Part shown: in pieces, positions 62,096-64,000 of the stretch | How positions within the stretch are numbered: the stretch's first letter is position 1 | Layout of the letters: every line of letters starts with the position of its first letter | NCBI GenBank assembly: GCA_965220085.1 | Contig: CBDCOZ010000001.1 | Span: 1 to 64,000, forward strand | Source: Candidatus Oxydemutatoraceae bacterium | GTDB taxonomy: Bacteria > Pseudomonadota > Gammaproteobacteria > Poriferisulfidales > Oxydemutatoraceae | Direction: 5' to 3' | DNA length: 64,000 nucleotides | Program-made: the position numbers and the translations under genes | Notes under the pieces: model-generated | Database searches by the model: none | What the model saw: only the letters and a program-made list of their open reading frames with translations | Told to the model about the DNA's origin: nothing

Positions 62096-62398
62096 TGCGT
62101 GGGGATTCTGGTTGCGTGTCTGGACATTATGCCATATAAGTGGTGGGTGTGGTGGTTTGCTAGGCCAGAGTGTCTGGTTGGCATTGCGAGGCGGTGCGGG
62201 TCGCGTTGCAAGGTTTCGGCGGGGTCGCCTCGCAGGGCGTTGCGGTCGGCGTCGCAGGATTTCGGCGCGGGCGTGGGTAGCGGCGACTGCATCGGCGGCA
62301 AATAATGCCATCACATAATAGTGTTATACTTTGTCGCACGGTACCTTTCTCCGGGTCAAACCCGAAAAGATTGACGAACCGAACTTAACTATTACGTC

Positions 62399-62497
62399 GT
62401 ATCAGGGCGGTATGATAATGCACTCTCATTGTTTCGGACGCTTGGATGACAACGGAGAACGCATCAGGGCGGTATGATAATGCGCCCTCATTGTTGC
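62399..62497 (+). repeat. pair of 37-bp hairpin-forming direct repeats with a 25-bp unique spacer
   Basis: GTATCAGGGCGGTATGATAATGCACTCTCATTGTTTC / GCATCAGGGCGGTATGATAATGCGCCCTCATTGTTGC. Confidence 0.7.
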
Positions 62498-62535
62498 AAC
62501 CTCGCTACAATGCGCAAAGATATTTATTAAAACCT

Positions 62536-63933
62536 ATGGGAACAGATAATACCAATCCGCCGCCTTCCAAAAAGGCGCCCAAAATCCTGATCATTGACTG
62601 CCATTCCGGCCTCGCTTTGTGCACCTATTCCATGCTGAAAGAACTGGGGGCGGACGCGGAAGCGTTCGGCGACATAGTTATTTACGGTTGCCCCTCGCAA
62701 TCGGTATTTCCCAAGCGATTCCTACGCCATGACTATCCGCCCCGCCCTTCGCGCATAGGAAGACTCCTGTCTCTGTTCCGGTTCATCATCCAAAACCCGG
62801 CCACCGCCGTCAGACACACTCGCGATTATTATCGGGCGGGCCTCAGAAGCGACGGGATAAAGTGGAGGGAATGTGTCCGCCCCTCCCCGCTCCGTTGCAT
62901 AATCAGCGGCTTCACGGGGCGGGGCGTGAATCGTTCGGCGATTCAAAAACTGCTGCGCCTTCCTTGCTATCGCTCCTACTTCTCACAGTTTGATACTTTG
63001 GTTTGTTGCTTCCCGCCGATTACGTTTCAGTTCGCAAAACTGATATCGGAAATGTACGGACAACGCATCATCCTCACCATGGGGCACCGGTTCAACATAC
63101 GCATTCCCCGGAACAAAGACTATAACGAGCGCCTGAAAGAGGAGTTGCTGGAACTCATGAGAGATGACAAGCACGCGGTCGGCGCGATGACACATTACGA
63201 CCGGCTGTATGCGCAACACTATCTGTCCAAAATAGACAAACAACTGATGCCGGAAGCCATTCCGGTATTCGGCGTGGAAGCGTTCCACATTAAACTCAGT
63301 CCGAAAGCAAAACCCGCGTGTAACACGATATTGATCACTCCGGTGCACGTCGTTGGTGATGGCAGGTTGCCGCTGGATGTGTCTCATATAAACCGCGACT
63401 ACGAAGCGTTTTGCGAGAAAAACGGTTTGCAAACGGATTATGTTTTCAAAACCATAAGACAGCATTGGAACTTCAAACCGTATTCTTATGACGACCTCAG
63501 TTCGTTTGCCGGAATCGCGATAGTGAATTTTCCATACAGCTCTTTTTCCACATCCCAAGTGGAGACCTATGGTTGTTGTCTGCCTTACTTTTACCCCGAC
63601 GAAGAGTTTTTTGTGCGCCACGACTATGACAATGACTATCGGCTACACCCGATATATATGAGCGAAGCGGAGTATCGGCGGGTCGAGGAGGATATAGACA
63701 GCCTTGACTCGCCAAACAGCCTCTTGCCGGAAGCGCGCAGAAAGTGGGTGCGGCATGGCTATAACCGCCACACGCAAAACGCAGTCGCGTTCTCCGACTG
63801 GGATGACCTGTTTCAGAAAATACACGAGGCGTTGCCGCGATACGCCGAAATATCACGGGCAATATATGAAGAGAATGTGGCTCGCCGCAAAAAGCATCTG
63901 GAACTTTGGCGGCGGTTGCTCAACATGCCATGA
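62536..63933 (+). CDS. hypothetical protein, possibly glycosyltransferase-like
   Basis: 465-aa ORF; KILIIDCH, VCCFPP, IVNFPYSSFSTSQVETYGCCLPYFYP resembles a GT-B C-terminal motif. Confidence 0.5.
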   Translation: MGTDNTNPPPSKKAPKILIIDCHSGLALCTYSMLKELGADAEAFGDIVIYGCPSQSVFPKRFLRHDYPPRPSRIGRLLSLFRFIIQNPATAVRHTRDYYRAGLRSDGIKWRECVRPSPLRCIISGFTGRGVNRSAIQKLLRLPCYRSYFSQFDTLVCCFPPITFQFAKLISEMYGQRIILTMGHRFNIRIPRNKDYNERLKEELLELMRDDKHAVGAMTHYDRLYAQHYLSKIDKQLMPEAIPVFGVEAFHIKLSPKAKPACNTILITPVHVVGDGRLPLDVSHINRDYEAFCEKNGLQTDYVFKTIRQHWNFKPYSYDDLSSFAGIAIVNFPYSSFSTSQVETYGCCLPYFYPDEEFFVRHDYDNDYRLHPIYMSEAEYRRVEEDIDSLDSPNSLLPEARRKWVRHGYNRHTQNAVAFSDWDDLFQKIHEALPRYAEISRAIYEENVARRKKHLELWRRLLNMP

Positions 63934-64000
63934 TCCAAGCCGTCTCCTTGAATGAAAAAGTGCGCTCTTAACGTCACAGCGTTGCCTGCAACAAGGTATG

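Overview
Bacterial chromosome segment, most likely from a gammaproteobacterium. GC-rich core genes are gltB, dnaG, rpoD, tRNA-Ile(CAU), a lipid A acyltransferase, parB-parA-rsmG-mnmG and an ActP-like symporter. They are interleaved with repeat-rich accessory DNA in four blocks. (1) A 5.6-kb insert between dnaG and rpoD, in which an IS1595-type element carrying a methyltransferase/nuclease pair has landed inside a decayed darT gene. (2) Tandem amplifications of gene junctions (lpxL/parB and mnmG/DUF302). (3) A ~20-kb region bracketed by mnmG 5' fragments, holding secreted proteases, PPC-domain proteins and lipoproteins that share a short peptide module and a conserved promoter-palindrome, plus duplicated fic genes. 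(4) A defence island with two C5 methyltransferases, a ParB-like protein, nucleases, Type I R-M and McrBC. The most unusual signal is a set of dispersed, Cas-less, CRISPR-like mini-arrays (about 29-nt repeats, 32-nt unique spacers, 60-61-bp period) at 11.8, 32.0 and 42.4 kb. Each abuts the end of a palindromic MITE/REP-like element whose terminus resembles the repeat, and a spacer-free sister copy sits at 30.06 kb. All calls come from reading the sequence and recalled motifs; no searches were run.
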